From the NCBI GenBank assembly GCA_002794465.1, contig MTSL01000014.1, positions 30,001 through 62,000 of the forward strand: a stretch of 32,000 nt of DNA, in the 5' to 3' direction. Position numbers and translations under genes: made by a program. The stretch's first letter is position 1. Each line of letters opens with the position of its first letter. A model generated the notes under the pieces. The model made no database searches. It was not told the origin of the DNA and saw only the letters and a list, made by a program, of their open reading frames with translations. Origin of the DNA: Paramicrosporidium saccamoebae KSL3 (taxonomy: Eukaryota; Fungi; Cryptomycota). This document shows positions 20,638-30,370 of the stretch, one piece after another.

Positions 20638-21916
20638 TCAGAAGCAAAAGAGTCGACGCAGCCAACTCCGACGCGGCGTCTCCTCCGCCAGCGGAGTGCG
20701 GATGGCCGGCAGGTTCCGGTCCGTACGTACCTGTGTCAATGGGATGTGGTTGGGCACCAACCCGGGACTCTCGTAGTGCAGACTGCGATGCGACTTTGTT
20801 TCTGGCGGCTACACGGTTAACATACAACTCCAGCTACCAGTTTCTCCCAGTCGAGTGGCTCATTGGGATCCTGCTGGTCATAGACAGTCTTGAACCAGCT
20901 CCGACAAACTTCATAATCGGGTTCCTCCTCAAAGGCCAGTCGTCTCGTATAGGCCACATACTGCGCAAATTGCTCGGGGTAGTTCATGCAAAGATCCTCA
21001 ACGTGAATCATCTGCTTCTTCTGACCAATTTTCTCATACTTTTCCCGATTATCGCGAGCCTTGAGGCCCTGCCAGGGAAGGGAGCCCCGCAGAAAGTACA
21101 TGAACACATTTCCCAGGGCCTCCATGTCGTCGCGACGGGACTGCTCACGACCCAAATGCGTGTTAATTGACATGTAGCGGGCTGTGCCGCTCAGTGACTT
21201 TTTCTCCCGATAGGGAATGTGCTGTTTTGTCTGTGGATGGACATAATGTTTGGCCATCCCAAAGTCGACGACATAGATGGTCCGATCGTCTTTTTTCTCA
21301 GCCCGTCCCAATAAGAAATTATCCGGCTTAATGTCCCGATAGATTAGTTCCTCACGATGAATAGCCTGAACCCGCGTAATCTACAGTCAACACCCTCATC
21401 ACTGATTACCATTTGGATGGCCAAGAAACTGGTTGTCTTGACGGAAAATCGCCGACCACAGCGGTCAAAAAGATCCTCCAGACTGGGTCCCAGATAGTCC
21501 AGGATCATGTAGTTAAAGATGGCCTCCTGGCCGTAATGGTAGGCTTGGGGAATTCCCTTGAGCAGTTCAGAATCCAGTCCTTCCTTTCGTCGCTCGTTGA
21601 TTCGGGCATTGAGGTGTTTGTATGCGCGGTATTCGTCTCTAAGTTGGGGTGCAGCGCTCTTGCGCGACTCCTACCAGTCAGACTTGGGGGAACGGAATAC
21701 AAATTTAATGGCCACCAGCTCTGTAGCCAAATCAGTCTTTCCTAACCATCAACGAGCCGGCAAGGGATACCGAGGTATATGATGCCAAAGGAGCCTTCTC
21801 CTATTTTGCGCAACACTTCATAGTGCTCACCGACCTTTCCAGGCCGCTCGCCTGTCAAATCTTCACTCTTGGCGACGGGCCTACCGGTTAATACTGCGGA
21901 GGGGCTACATTAACAT
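20638..21916 (-). CDS. Casein kinase I, YCK/CK1-gamma type, ~377 aa; exons 21916-21909, 21880-21771, 21741-21701, 21670-21410, 21380-20838, 20808-20638 (introns of 28, 29, 30, 29, 29 nt)
   Basis: The spliced product reads continuously: [71 protein letters not shown]. Tail ends [11 protein letters not shown]. The terminal exons are less certain than the core. Confidence 0.92.
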
Positions 21917-22032
21917 TCAGGCCACAGAGGGTTCGACAATGGAGACGTGCGTCCCGTCACGCCACAATGCCGGTCAACCAATCAAACGAAAAGTCATTTA
22001 TTATACGCAATCTATGTCGTCGAAATGTAGAG

Positions 22033-22092
22033 TTATTGAATGGAACATTGAGTGTGCTATTGAGTGGACTATTGAGTGAGTTATTGAGGAGG
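22033..22092. repeat. 5 x 12-bp degenerate tandem repeat in the divergent CK1/TFC3 intergenic region
   Basis: ttattgaatgga acattgagtgtg ctattgagtgga ctattgagtgag ttattgaggagg. Confidence 0.8.
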
Positions 22093-22188
22093 GTACTGGG
22101 AAATTGGGAAATTTCGACAGATTCATCCACATGCTAATCGGCTTACCATATCTGATTCATAGTCCAACCAATCAAACCATATCCGACC

Positions 22189-25100
22189 ATGGATGGAATC
22201 CTTCGCGCCCTGCAGGAAGCCGTCATCTGTCAAGGCGGTCCCATTGGTAGAACCCGTTGTAGTCGCTAATGGACAGGCCTTCAAATAGACGAGTTTTATG
22301 AACTGGCCGAGAAGAGATATCAAGAGCTGTTAGACACTGAACTAACCGAGGCGGGCCGGAAACAGCTCTGGAGAGAAGCGGGTCAATGCGGACTCTTTTT
22401 ATTTGTACCCGCAGAGTATATTACTGACGTTATAGATGCAAAACAACTGTAATGACGTGGATAAACGCACCAAGAGCAGTGGGACTGGGAACGGCGACTC
22501 TGACAATCTTTTTAGTATTGCTTGCCCTCCTTACGAGTTGGAGAATGTTTCAATAGTGTGTTCAACAGAGGAACGTTTGAATTTTTATACAAAAGGTCGG
22601 CCGTTGCGTCTCAACGAGCTGCAAATCCGGGCTCTCGAAATTATTGCCAAAACAATGCGACGTGGCATCACACAGGCCGAGGTGGCAAAACAATTATCAC
22701 TGGACCCACGCAGTTTCTTTCATCAGCTCAAAGCGCTGTTGGAATACCATCTGGTGACACGCATTCCCGTGTCATGTAACCGGTCGTTTACATATCTACT
22801 GCATTTGAACCGTCTGGCCCCAGAAGACGAGACTTGTGCTGCAGAGGGGGAGGAAACGACAGTGACGCCAAGTGTCGTGTCGGTGCGGTCACGGATTGTG
22901 GAACTTTTGGAGACGGCTCCGGGGAAGAAGTTGCCCGCTCAGGAAGTGTATCGGCTGCTGGGTGGGCCGCAGTTTGTGCGCATTTATCGTCGCAATATTT
23001 CTTGGTTGGTCGAGCATGGTTTTATTGAATGTATTGTGGCTGAAGAACTGGGTGCATTTAAGCGGATTTTGAAATTCAAAAAGAATCTCACCGACCTGGC
23101 CCGCAAACCCGTCAAGCCCGTCGTTCCCGTTGAGGAAAATGCACCATTACAGGAACTTGTCACTGGTGCCTCGTTGGAGCGACAAATCCGCGATTATATT
23201 GACGCCAGCGGCGGGACGGGCCGCACTCTGACTGAGGCAATGCATGACTTTGGCATTGGTCGAAAGTTGGCCTACCGCATTGGGGATCGACTGACCAATG
23301 GAAAGTACTTTAGTGACTCGGATGTGGTCAAAGTACCCGAGTTTTCAGGAAAGGAGCGACGCCATCGGTTTTTCACTACTGACGGTCAAACTCGCGATAC
23401 TGCTGATGTGGTGCTGTTGGGCTCGATGGCGCGTGATTCGGTCAATCGAGCGAGACGACTAAAGGCGCTATTGCAAATTGTGTCAGAGGCGGTGATTGTG
23501 GAGAGTGGAAAGCCCCTAATCAACGATCTACAGCAACGGTTAAACGAACAAGAGTTTTCCATGGACGGCAAGACGCTCAAACGGATGATAAAGTACCTCG
23601 AGGACGAGGGACTAATTCGGACAGTGGTGGTAGTGCTGGCTGGCGTTAATAGGACAGTGTTGATAAAGGCCAATCTTGCCTCCAATGATCCTCAGGTATT
23701 GGAATTTATTGAAAAACTCAAAAAGAACCGCGCTGACCTTGCTGTGTTACCCCCCGACACTGTTTCAGAGCCTGCCAAGGAGCACAAGTTTAAGATGCAA
23801 AAATACGGCTATGTATTTGGGATCCTTCAGCGGTGTCGTCGACTTCATTCCTATTTAGTGCAAGAAGTGATCCTGCCACGGTCTAATGGCGAAGACCCTT
23901 GGATCTGTGAAACACTCAATACCCTGTTCCGAGAACTGCCCCTAAGTGTCTTTCTCAAGATTATTGGGGTGGGTGCCATTTCCACTCGTTTGTCCGACTT
24001 CCTTGCCGAGCCCAGTCATCATGATTTGACGGTGGAGGCCCTGCCGCCGGCAATCAGAGAGGAGCTTCATCGACGTCGGATAGACCGACACAAGACTGTG
24101 ATAAAGAAGCTGATGGAGTTGTTGGTGCAATTTGGTTTGGCCATCCCCGATGTCCGCTATCCCAGCGTGGCCTTTCGACTTCCCTATCAATACAAGCTTG
24201 TCCAAAAAGTAAACATTATGGACATTGGCACCGGCTCGGTTCTGAAAAGCGTAGATTTAGCCTCGCCCAGGGCAGTGGATGAGTATTGGGACTGGCTTGC
24301 AAGTCTGGCAGAGCAATCAGTGTCGGTACACCCGAGTCTGGCCATGGCGTATTCACTGGCAACACGAAAGGACAGCTGGCAGTCTGTCTCTCCCTATAGC
24401 AAAGCCTTTAAAAAGGCCCTCCGACGCATCATCTCACAATCCCTCTCTCCCCAAGCCCTGGAGGAGGAGATGGGGAAGATTCAGGACGATTTTGAAATTG
24501 ACCGTGAAACTCTGATGCGAGCATATCAGGAACTGGAGCAAGAGTCGCAAAAGACCCGAACGAGACGGCTGGAGGAGCGGCGGGCGAAAAAGGTTGTCAG
24601 TCGTACTCGAGATATTCTCCCCAGAGCCGTCGAGAGCGACGAGGATCCTAATGAGCGCAGTAGACGGGCAGTATTACAGACATTCTCTGCATCAGAATTG
24701 GATTCGATCCGACGCTGTTTTTTCATTTTGCAATATCCGCGATTCCGTCTGCCCACGGGCAGCTGCCAATGGGGTCTCATTGAGACGCTCTACCGGGATG
24801 GCCTTATTCCGGGCACTCGTCAGGGCGATGAGATCCGCACCATGATTCAACGCTTTCTAGTTTCCTTTGAGCAGAGCAAAAAGATGCGGCGTGTAGAATT
24901 GACATTTCGCAGCATTGAGGCTCTCATCAAAGTCGGTGCTATACCTCCCATCCCCGCTCTGGAGGACAGTGTCGAGTCCAATTTCGCCCACGTGTTTGTA
25001 TATTTCCAGGACTTGTTTGGAAGGATTGGTGAAATCAAAAAACATTGGTGGTCAAAGCAGCGTGGAAAATGTATTTCAGAGTCAGTACCTTTGTTTAGCG

Positions 25101-25948
25101 AGAAATCTACAGTCCTGGTTGAGCCTACACAAACCAATGCCCCTACTGTACAATCCATGGCGCTTGTGGATGAGGGACCAAGTGCCTTTGATCCGGAGCA
25201 GAATTGGCGGAAAATGTCACGCATCCAACAATTTCGACATTTTCTTGAAAAGTCGTCCATTGTACCCTTGGCCAAGCCTTTGGAGATTTCTAGTGGCTAT
25301 GCTGCAGAATGGACAGCCATTAAAAAGATTCTCGCCATCCCAACCAGACAATATGACGCAACAATTTCCAAAGATTATCTGCAGCGCTACTCACCGGAGC
25401 GGGTTGATGCCGCCGTGCAGCAAATGGTTGCTACGGGTTTGCTCACCAAAGGCGAATCGGCCCGCTTTAGACCGCGCATTCCGGGCGGAGAATTCCTGGT
25501 AAATGAAGCATTTGTTGCTATTATTGATGGCTGCGAGTGGAATCTTGACAGTGATGGAACCGAATTATGGCCGTTGATGGTGCAGGCGAGTCGGGATCAG
25601 GTGACCTTGTCGTTTGAAATGGCCAGAAGTGTCCCACAACTAGTCGTCTCCTCTATACCCACAAGAAGCATCAGGTCTTTGACTACAGCAATCAACAATA
25701 ATCTTGACCATGGCTCTGACTCGGTTTGGTTTACCATTGACGGAACTCTGAGATCCGATGTTTTTTGTGCTGCCTGCAAGTTTGTACATGAACAAATCTT
25801 TAGCCATCCCGGCATTAGTGCCGTCCATTTAAAAGAATCTTGCTTCCCATTTCTCAGCGAGGAGGAAGTCACCATCGTGCTACAAGTCTTGCTGGAAGCA
25901 GAATTTCTAGAGGTCGAAGAGGGACTAGACAACTATTATGCACTCTAA
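22189..25948 (+). CDS. TFC3: TFIIIC B-block-binding subunit (Tfc3/tau138/GTF3C1), ~1232 aa; exons 22189-22246, 22277-22404, 22436-25948 (introns of 30 and 31 nt)
   Basis: B-block domain LQIRALEIIAKTMRRGITQAEVAKQLSLDPRSFFHQLKALLEYHLV. Upstream exons join in frame through GTAGAA..GCTAAT..CAG and GTACCC..ACTGAC..TAG. Overall size is typical of the family. Confidence 0.85.
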
Positions 25949-26015
25949 CCGCCCGCTGTAAAGAGCCCTACTATTGTATTTTCACATCTTTAATGAAATT
26001 CTGATTCTAAACTAT

Positions 26016-26789
26016 TTAGTCGCTGTCATCACTGTCGCTAGCATCGCTGTCACTAGTATCACTGTCACTAGCATCACTATCGCTGTTCTCAGCAACGTCT
26101 TCATCCATTTCCTCATCCATGTCCTCTTCTTCTCCAGATTCCAGCTCATCGTCATATTCTTCCTCAGGCTGCTCCGTAATTACCTCGACACCCTCATCAT
26201 CGTCTTCACTGTCGTCATAGGTGGCCACAGGCATCTCCATCAGTCGGGCAAAGTCTTCTTGTTCTCCCCGGCCGTTTACTTGTCCCAGCATTAACTGTAT
26301 CCGACCCCGCAACATGACCATCCGTCGGTGTGTCTTGGTTCGTGCCTCTATGAGTTTTTGTAGCGGTTCCACTCGACTGGGAAGGTCAGGTACCGTCAAC
26401 AAATAGGCCGCATGTTCAGTCAGCAACAGTCGCAGCCACGGGACGAGCTGCATGGCGCGCATCGGACGACGTTGAATACGCACAACAAGTGCATCAAGCA
26501 GCGGCAGAGCATAAGTGGGCGGCATACGGCGCAGCGAAGAGCGTATTAGGTCCGTGTCCGTGTTGCTCAGGGCATTCTCCAAAAGGTCGCTGTCTGAAGA
26601 GGTGAGGCTCTGCGTGAGAATGTCGCAAAGCGAGTGCACGCGCGGTGTAGGAAGCTTCTGGAATGCCGCTGTCGGGTCTATAAAACCATCCGGAGACGGC
26701 GTCGTGGGAAAGGGCTCTGTCAATATTTCGTCCTTTGTCATCCTGTCTGAATCTGAATCCCCGGTCCGGGTGTATTGGCTGGTGACCAT
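26016..26789 (-). CDS. UTP5: Utp5/WDR43-like SSU processome protein: Utp12/Dip2 domain plus acidic tail, no WD40 repeats (257 aa)
   Basis: SLCDILTQSLTSSDSDLLENAL...LVPWLRLLLTEHAAYLLTVPDL...RGRIQLML is the C-terminal domain of Utp5/WDR43. Confidence 0.85.
   Translation of the reverse strand: MVTSQYTRTGDSDSDRMTKDEILTEPFPTTPSPDGFIDPTAAFQKLPTPRVHSLCDILTQSLTSSDSDLLENALSNTDTDLIRSSLRRMPPTYALPLLDALVVRIQRRPMRAMQLVPWLRLLLTEHAAYLLTVPDLPSRVEPLQKLIEARTKTHRRMVMLRGRIQLMLGQVNGRGEQEDFARLMEMPVATYDDSEDDDEGVEVITEQPEEEYDDELESGEEEDMDEEMDEDVAENSDSDASDSDTSDSDASDSDDSD
26028..26084 (-). repeat. Coding 15-bp repeat (SDASD/SDTSD) in the UTP5 acidic tail
   Basis: + strand: atcactgtcgctagc atcgctgtcactagt atcactgtcactagc atcactatcgct. 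Confidence 0.85.
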
Positions 26790-26862
26790 TATTGTCCATC
26801 CGTGGATCTTTCTAATCTGGTGGTCTTTCTCGACTTTCCATCAGTAGACTCACACTCACGCA

Positions 26863-27107
26863 ATGGAGAGCATTGACCCGGAATGTACCAAACTCAAACA
26901 GAAATACGAGGCATGCTTCTATACCTGGTATTCTGAGAAATTCCTCAAGGGAGATACCCGCGACGAGTGTGCTGGACTGTTCAAAGAGTATCGCGCCTGT
27001 CTTGATGTACAATAATGATTATTGACTATATGATGTAGAGGACACTAAAGGCCAAAAATATTGATCAACTAATAGAAGAGCACTACAAGGCCGGCGAGAC
27101 ACCTTGA
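26863..27107 (+). CDS. MDM35: Mdm35/TRIAP1 twin-CX9C mitochondrial intermembrane-space protein, 70 aa; exons 26863-27006 and 27039-27107 (32-nt intron). Absent from the ORF track.
   Basis: MESIDPECTKLKQKYEACFYTWYSEKFLKG...ECAGLFKEYRACLD|RTLKAKNIDQLIEE; two CX9C motifs and the WYSEKFLKG signature. Confidence 0.93.
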
Positions 27108-27447
27108 ATAAACGCCTTGTGCACTGAATGTAGTGGGAGGACTATTATTCTTGTCCTGCTGTTGGCACGGGTCGTGGTGGCTTTATAATGTCACACCCAC
27201 ATTCAAAGTTCACGGTTAGATTGTGGAAGGCATTGATATGACCAAGGAGGAATGCAATATTAGCCTTACAAAGTCTTTGCCCCTTCCACAGCTACTCCCA
27301 TCAAGTGGGGGCAAAGAGTTTAATACTCGACATGGCACTGTAATTTTTCACAATTATACTACTACCATCCTGTCTTCCTCGAGTTGAATGTGCGCATGGA
27401 ATTACTAGACTCGATTATTATTCTGTCACAGAAACCATGGATCTTTA

Positions 27448-27502
27448 TTATAAACTCGTTATAAACTTGTTGTAAACTGGTTATAAACTGGTTATAAACT
27501 TT
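27448..27502. repeat. 5 x 11-bp tandem repeat in the 3' flank of family member 4
   Basis: ttataaactcg ttataaacttg ttgtaaactgg ttataaactgg ttataaacttt. Confidence 0.9.
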
Positions 27503-27523
27503 ACAATACCAATTTAGCCATTC

Positions 27524-27997
27524 CTACAGCCTGGCTAAATCGTGGGGCATATCGAAACCGTGATAATCAAAAACGACAGACATTATGAGAACGTCTGGAA
27601 TTTCGTGATCAGAAATGTCGCGATATGTGACTTGCTTGGACGTAGGACTCGCAAGCGCCTTCTCCATCGCAGTAGCCTTCAACAGCCAATATGGGGTTGC
27701 TTTCCTCGCCACTGCTATCACTACAGTGTCGCCCACTTCAAGATAAGCAGTTTCCTCTCTCCCAACCATCGCCTCGTTCTCACGAATCACGCAAACCGAG
27801 CCTGCACCAGTGAGGGAGATCCGATTATCACTCATAACAATGCTGACGCAGCTATAAGAGTTGCAGATCAGTTTGCTCAAAGTATTGGGGCCGCTATTCC
27901 AATGGAGTCCCGAGGACATAAATTCGATCTTGCCCAGCTGCAACTGGCTAGCATAGGATACCGCACAAAGCAACGAAATGATGATTGTTGCATGCAT
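27524..27997 (-). CDS. Small secreted protein, family member 4 (157 aa)
   Basis: Signal peptide MHATIIISLLCAVSYA; QLGK; CVIREN..LEVGDTVVIAV; about 63% identical (100/158) to member 5. Confidence 0.85.
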   Translation of the reverse strand: MHATIIISLLCAVSYASQLQLGKIEFMSSGLHWNSGPNTLSKLICNSYSCVSIVMSDNRISLTGAGSVCVIRENEAMVGREETAYLEVGDTVVIAVARKATPYWLLKATAMEKALASPTSKQVTYRDISDHEIPDVLIMSVVFDYHGFDMPHDLARL

Positions 27998-28395
27998 AGT
28001 ACTACAACTCCGATCCTACGTCGTCTTATAGTGCTCTAATTTGCCATTTTGAGCACCTGCCAACGCCATTTGTCCAGCGGTGCTTTCAAATGCTGACGGT
28101 GAGCGCATAAAAACTTTTGGTTGAAATCCCGAGTCTGTAGCTTTACCATCTCACACTAACGGCAAACAGTTGTTATGTGATATTGGTCTTGCAAATCCTT
28201 GTCCTCTCCCTAGTCGCTACCGTCAAGCGGATAAAGAGTCCAATACCCGACATATTACTTTAATTCTCACAATGCTACTACCATCGTGCTGAGTGCGCAC
28301 ATGGAATTACCAGACTTTAGCGCTACCTTGTCAAAAAAGTCACGAGTCTTCATTATAAACTTTTTGAAGCTTTACAGTACTAATTGTAGCAATGT

Positions 28396-28872
28396 TTACA
28401 GCTTGGCGAAAGCTTGGGGCACGCCAAAGCCGTTAGGATTAGAGACTACAGGCACTATGAGAAAGTCGGGAATTTCCTCTTCGAAAATGTCGCGATATGT
28501 GACTCCCTTGGTTGTGTTAGGACTTTCAAGCGCCTTTTCTATCGCAGCGGCCTTTAGTAACCAATTTGGAGTCCCTTCCTTTGCCACTGCTATTACTACA
28601 GTGTCCCCTACTTCAAGATGCGCATATTCCTCTTTCCCAACTATCACCTCGTTCCCACGAACCACGCAAATCGAGCCTTCACCAGCGAGGGCGATTCGAT
28701 TACCAGTCATAATGATGGTGACACACTTGTAAGGATTGCAAATTTTTTTGCTCCAGCGATTTGGGCCTCTAGTCAAGTGGAGTTCCGAAGACATGGATTC
28801 GATCCTGCCCAGCTGCAACTGGCTGGCATGGGATAGCGCACAAAGGAACAAGATAATGATTACTGCATACAT
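28396..28872 (-). CDS. Small secreted protein, family member 5 (158 aa)
   Basis: Signal peptide MYAVIIILFLCALSHA; QLGR; CVVRGN..LEVGDTVVIAV; tandem paralog of member 4, with shared 3' flank sequence. Confidence 0.85.
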   Translation of the reverse strand: MYAVIIILFLCALSHASQLQLGRIESMSSELHLTRGPNRWSKKICNPYKCVTIIMTGNRIALAGEGSICVVRGNEVIVGKEEYAHLEVGDTVVIAVAKEGTPNWLLKAAAIEKALESPNTTKGVTYRDIFEEEIPDFLIVPVVSNPNGFGVPQAFAKL

Positions 28873-29467
28873 GGCACTATAATGTCGCGTAGTGGAGGGA
28901 ATACTACGGACTTTGTCACCACTGTTTATCCGGGAGGCGAGAGAATTCTTTTATCATAAAGTACACCTTATTCCCATCGTTTTCTCGGATCTGATCGGGT
29001 CTATCCGGAGATGCGATCGTTTCTAGGGATTGGTCAGGCCGCGTCAAATTCCCTCTACGTCATTTTGACGTTTCCCACTATTGCGCGCTACTTCTTTCCT
29101 TCTTGTAGCTGGGTCATTTGGAACAAAGGACCCATACCATTTCACGCTAACAGCTATTATTAAGGTAGTAACAGGTGTACTGCATAGTGAGGATCATCAC
29201 GAATGGAATTGTTTGGCATAAGGAAACTCAACTATTGCCTTTTAGTAATTGGATCCCTCACGTTCTCGACTAGACTCAGCCAGCCATTCCACTACCTTAC
29301 ACCATCACCACCAGATCTCAAAATAACGCCGAGATTTACCCAAGATTTCAATCATCACCAATTCATAAACGTCTAATTATCACGTAGCTGGGGACAAATA
29401 GAAGCACTCGAAAATGCAGTATCAATGGTGAAAAGTCACAGACAGAAATGCATCATTTATTATCAAT

Positions 29468-29899
29468 TTACTCGGCTCTAAGGGAAATAGTAACGACCTC
29501 CCCCGCCGCACCATCCACTGATTTCTCACTAAAGTTCCCAAGTATTTCCTCTAAACAAGGCTTTGTCATTCTGGGCGTTCCGCCCAAAACAATCACTATC
29601 AAGTCATCGGCTTTCGGTGCACTCTCCTCTGGCAATCGAGTGAGATTTCCGTGCTCGCGTCGGTACATATAACAAACAACGGCGCCATCATAGTAAACTT
29701 GCAGTTTCTCTGCTGTCAATCTGATTAGCGCACAGTTATTGTGAACCTGGAGCCCAATATAGTTAGGATTCCAGCTCGCTTGAACCGGCGAACCCTTACG
29801 TGCAGTAGGTTCTCCGAGTCGAAGAATGGAGCGCGGAAATCTTGATGCGCTTGCAAGCTTTAAAAGGGCACATAGAAATACAAGAAAGACTGCCTTCAT
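29468..29899 (-). CDS. Small secreted protein, family member 6 (143 aa)
   Basis: Signal peptide MKAVFLVFLCALLKLASA; LRLGE; VHNNCALI; ADDLIVIVLG; ends AE*. Confidence 0.88.
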   Translation of the reverse strand: MKAVFLVFLCALLKLASASRFPRSILRLGEPTARKGSPVQASWNPNYIGLQVHNNCALIRLTAEKLQVYYDGAVVCYMYRREHGNLTRLPEESAPKADDLIVIVLGGTPRMTKPCLEEILGNFSEKSVDGAAGEVVTISLRAE

Positions 29900-30370
29900 G
29901 GAGAGTTGCCGTCTTGTACGTCGCGTAGCAGGTCAAGTGGGATGGAACACGCCACGACGCTTCTGTCGAGCAGGTGCAAATTTTTTCATTATCATTAAAT
30001 GTACTTTGATTGGCCTGCCAAATTTGATTGCTTAATCTCCTATCAGGTTTCAGTGTAGGACCTATGGAAATCGTCCCAGCACTTTCTATTCAAATGCTGT
30101 TGTGTATTGGCTAATGATTATTCATGAACAATCCACATCCTCATCAGTCCATTCTCTTGCCTTGTCCTTCTAAAGAGTCGAACAAACCCACAATGTCTCA
30201 TTGGCAATTGCTACCAGATCTCAGATTATCATCACAATTTGCCCAAGATCTTGATCTTCATTAGCTCCTCAGTGTCCAATGTTCACGTAGCTGGGGGCGA
30301 ATGGAGGCACTCGAAAATTCAATATCAATGTCGGAGAATCACAGGCAGCAGTGCATCATTTATTATGGAT

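Noticed and set aside
2660-21916. Functional cluster of trafficking/vacuole genes (AVT x2, GDI1, SLA2, LAM, YCK)
   Set aside because: Interleaved with unrelated genes in mixed orientation; no shared regulatory motif seen; compatible with chance.
3344-22276. All 3n-length introns contain in-frame stops (NMD-type selection)
   Set aside because: True for three 30-nt introns, but the 6753-6782 intron is stopless, and stopless ones are systematically harder to detect by eye.
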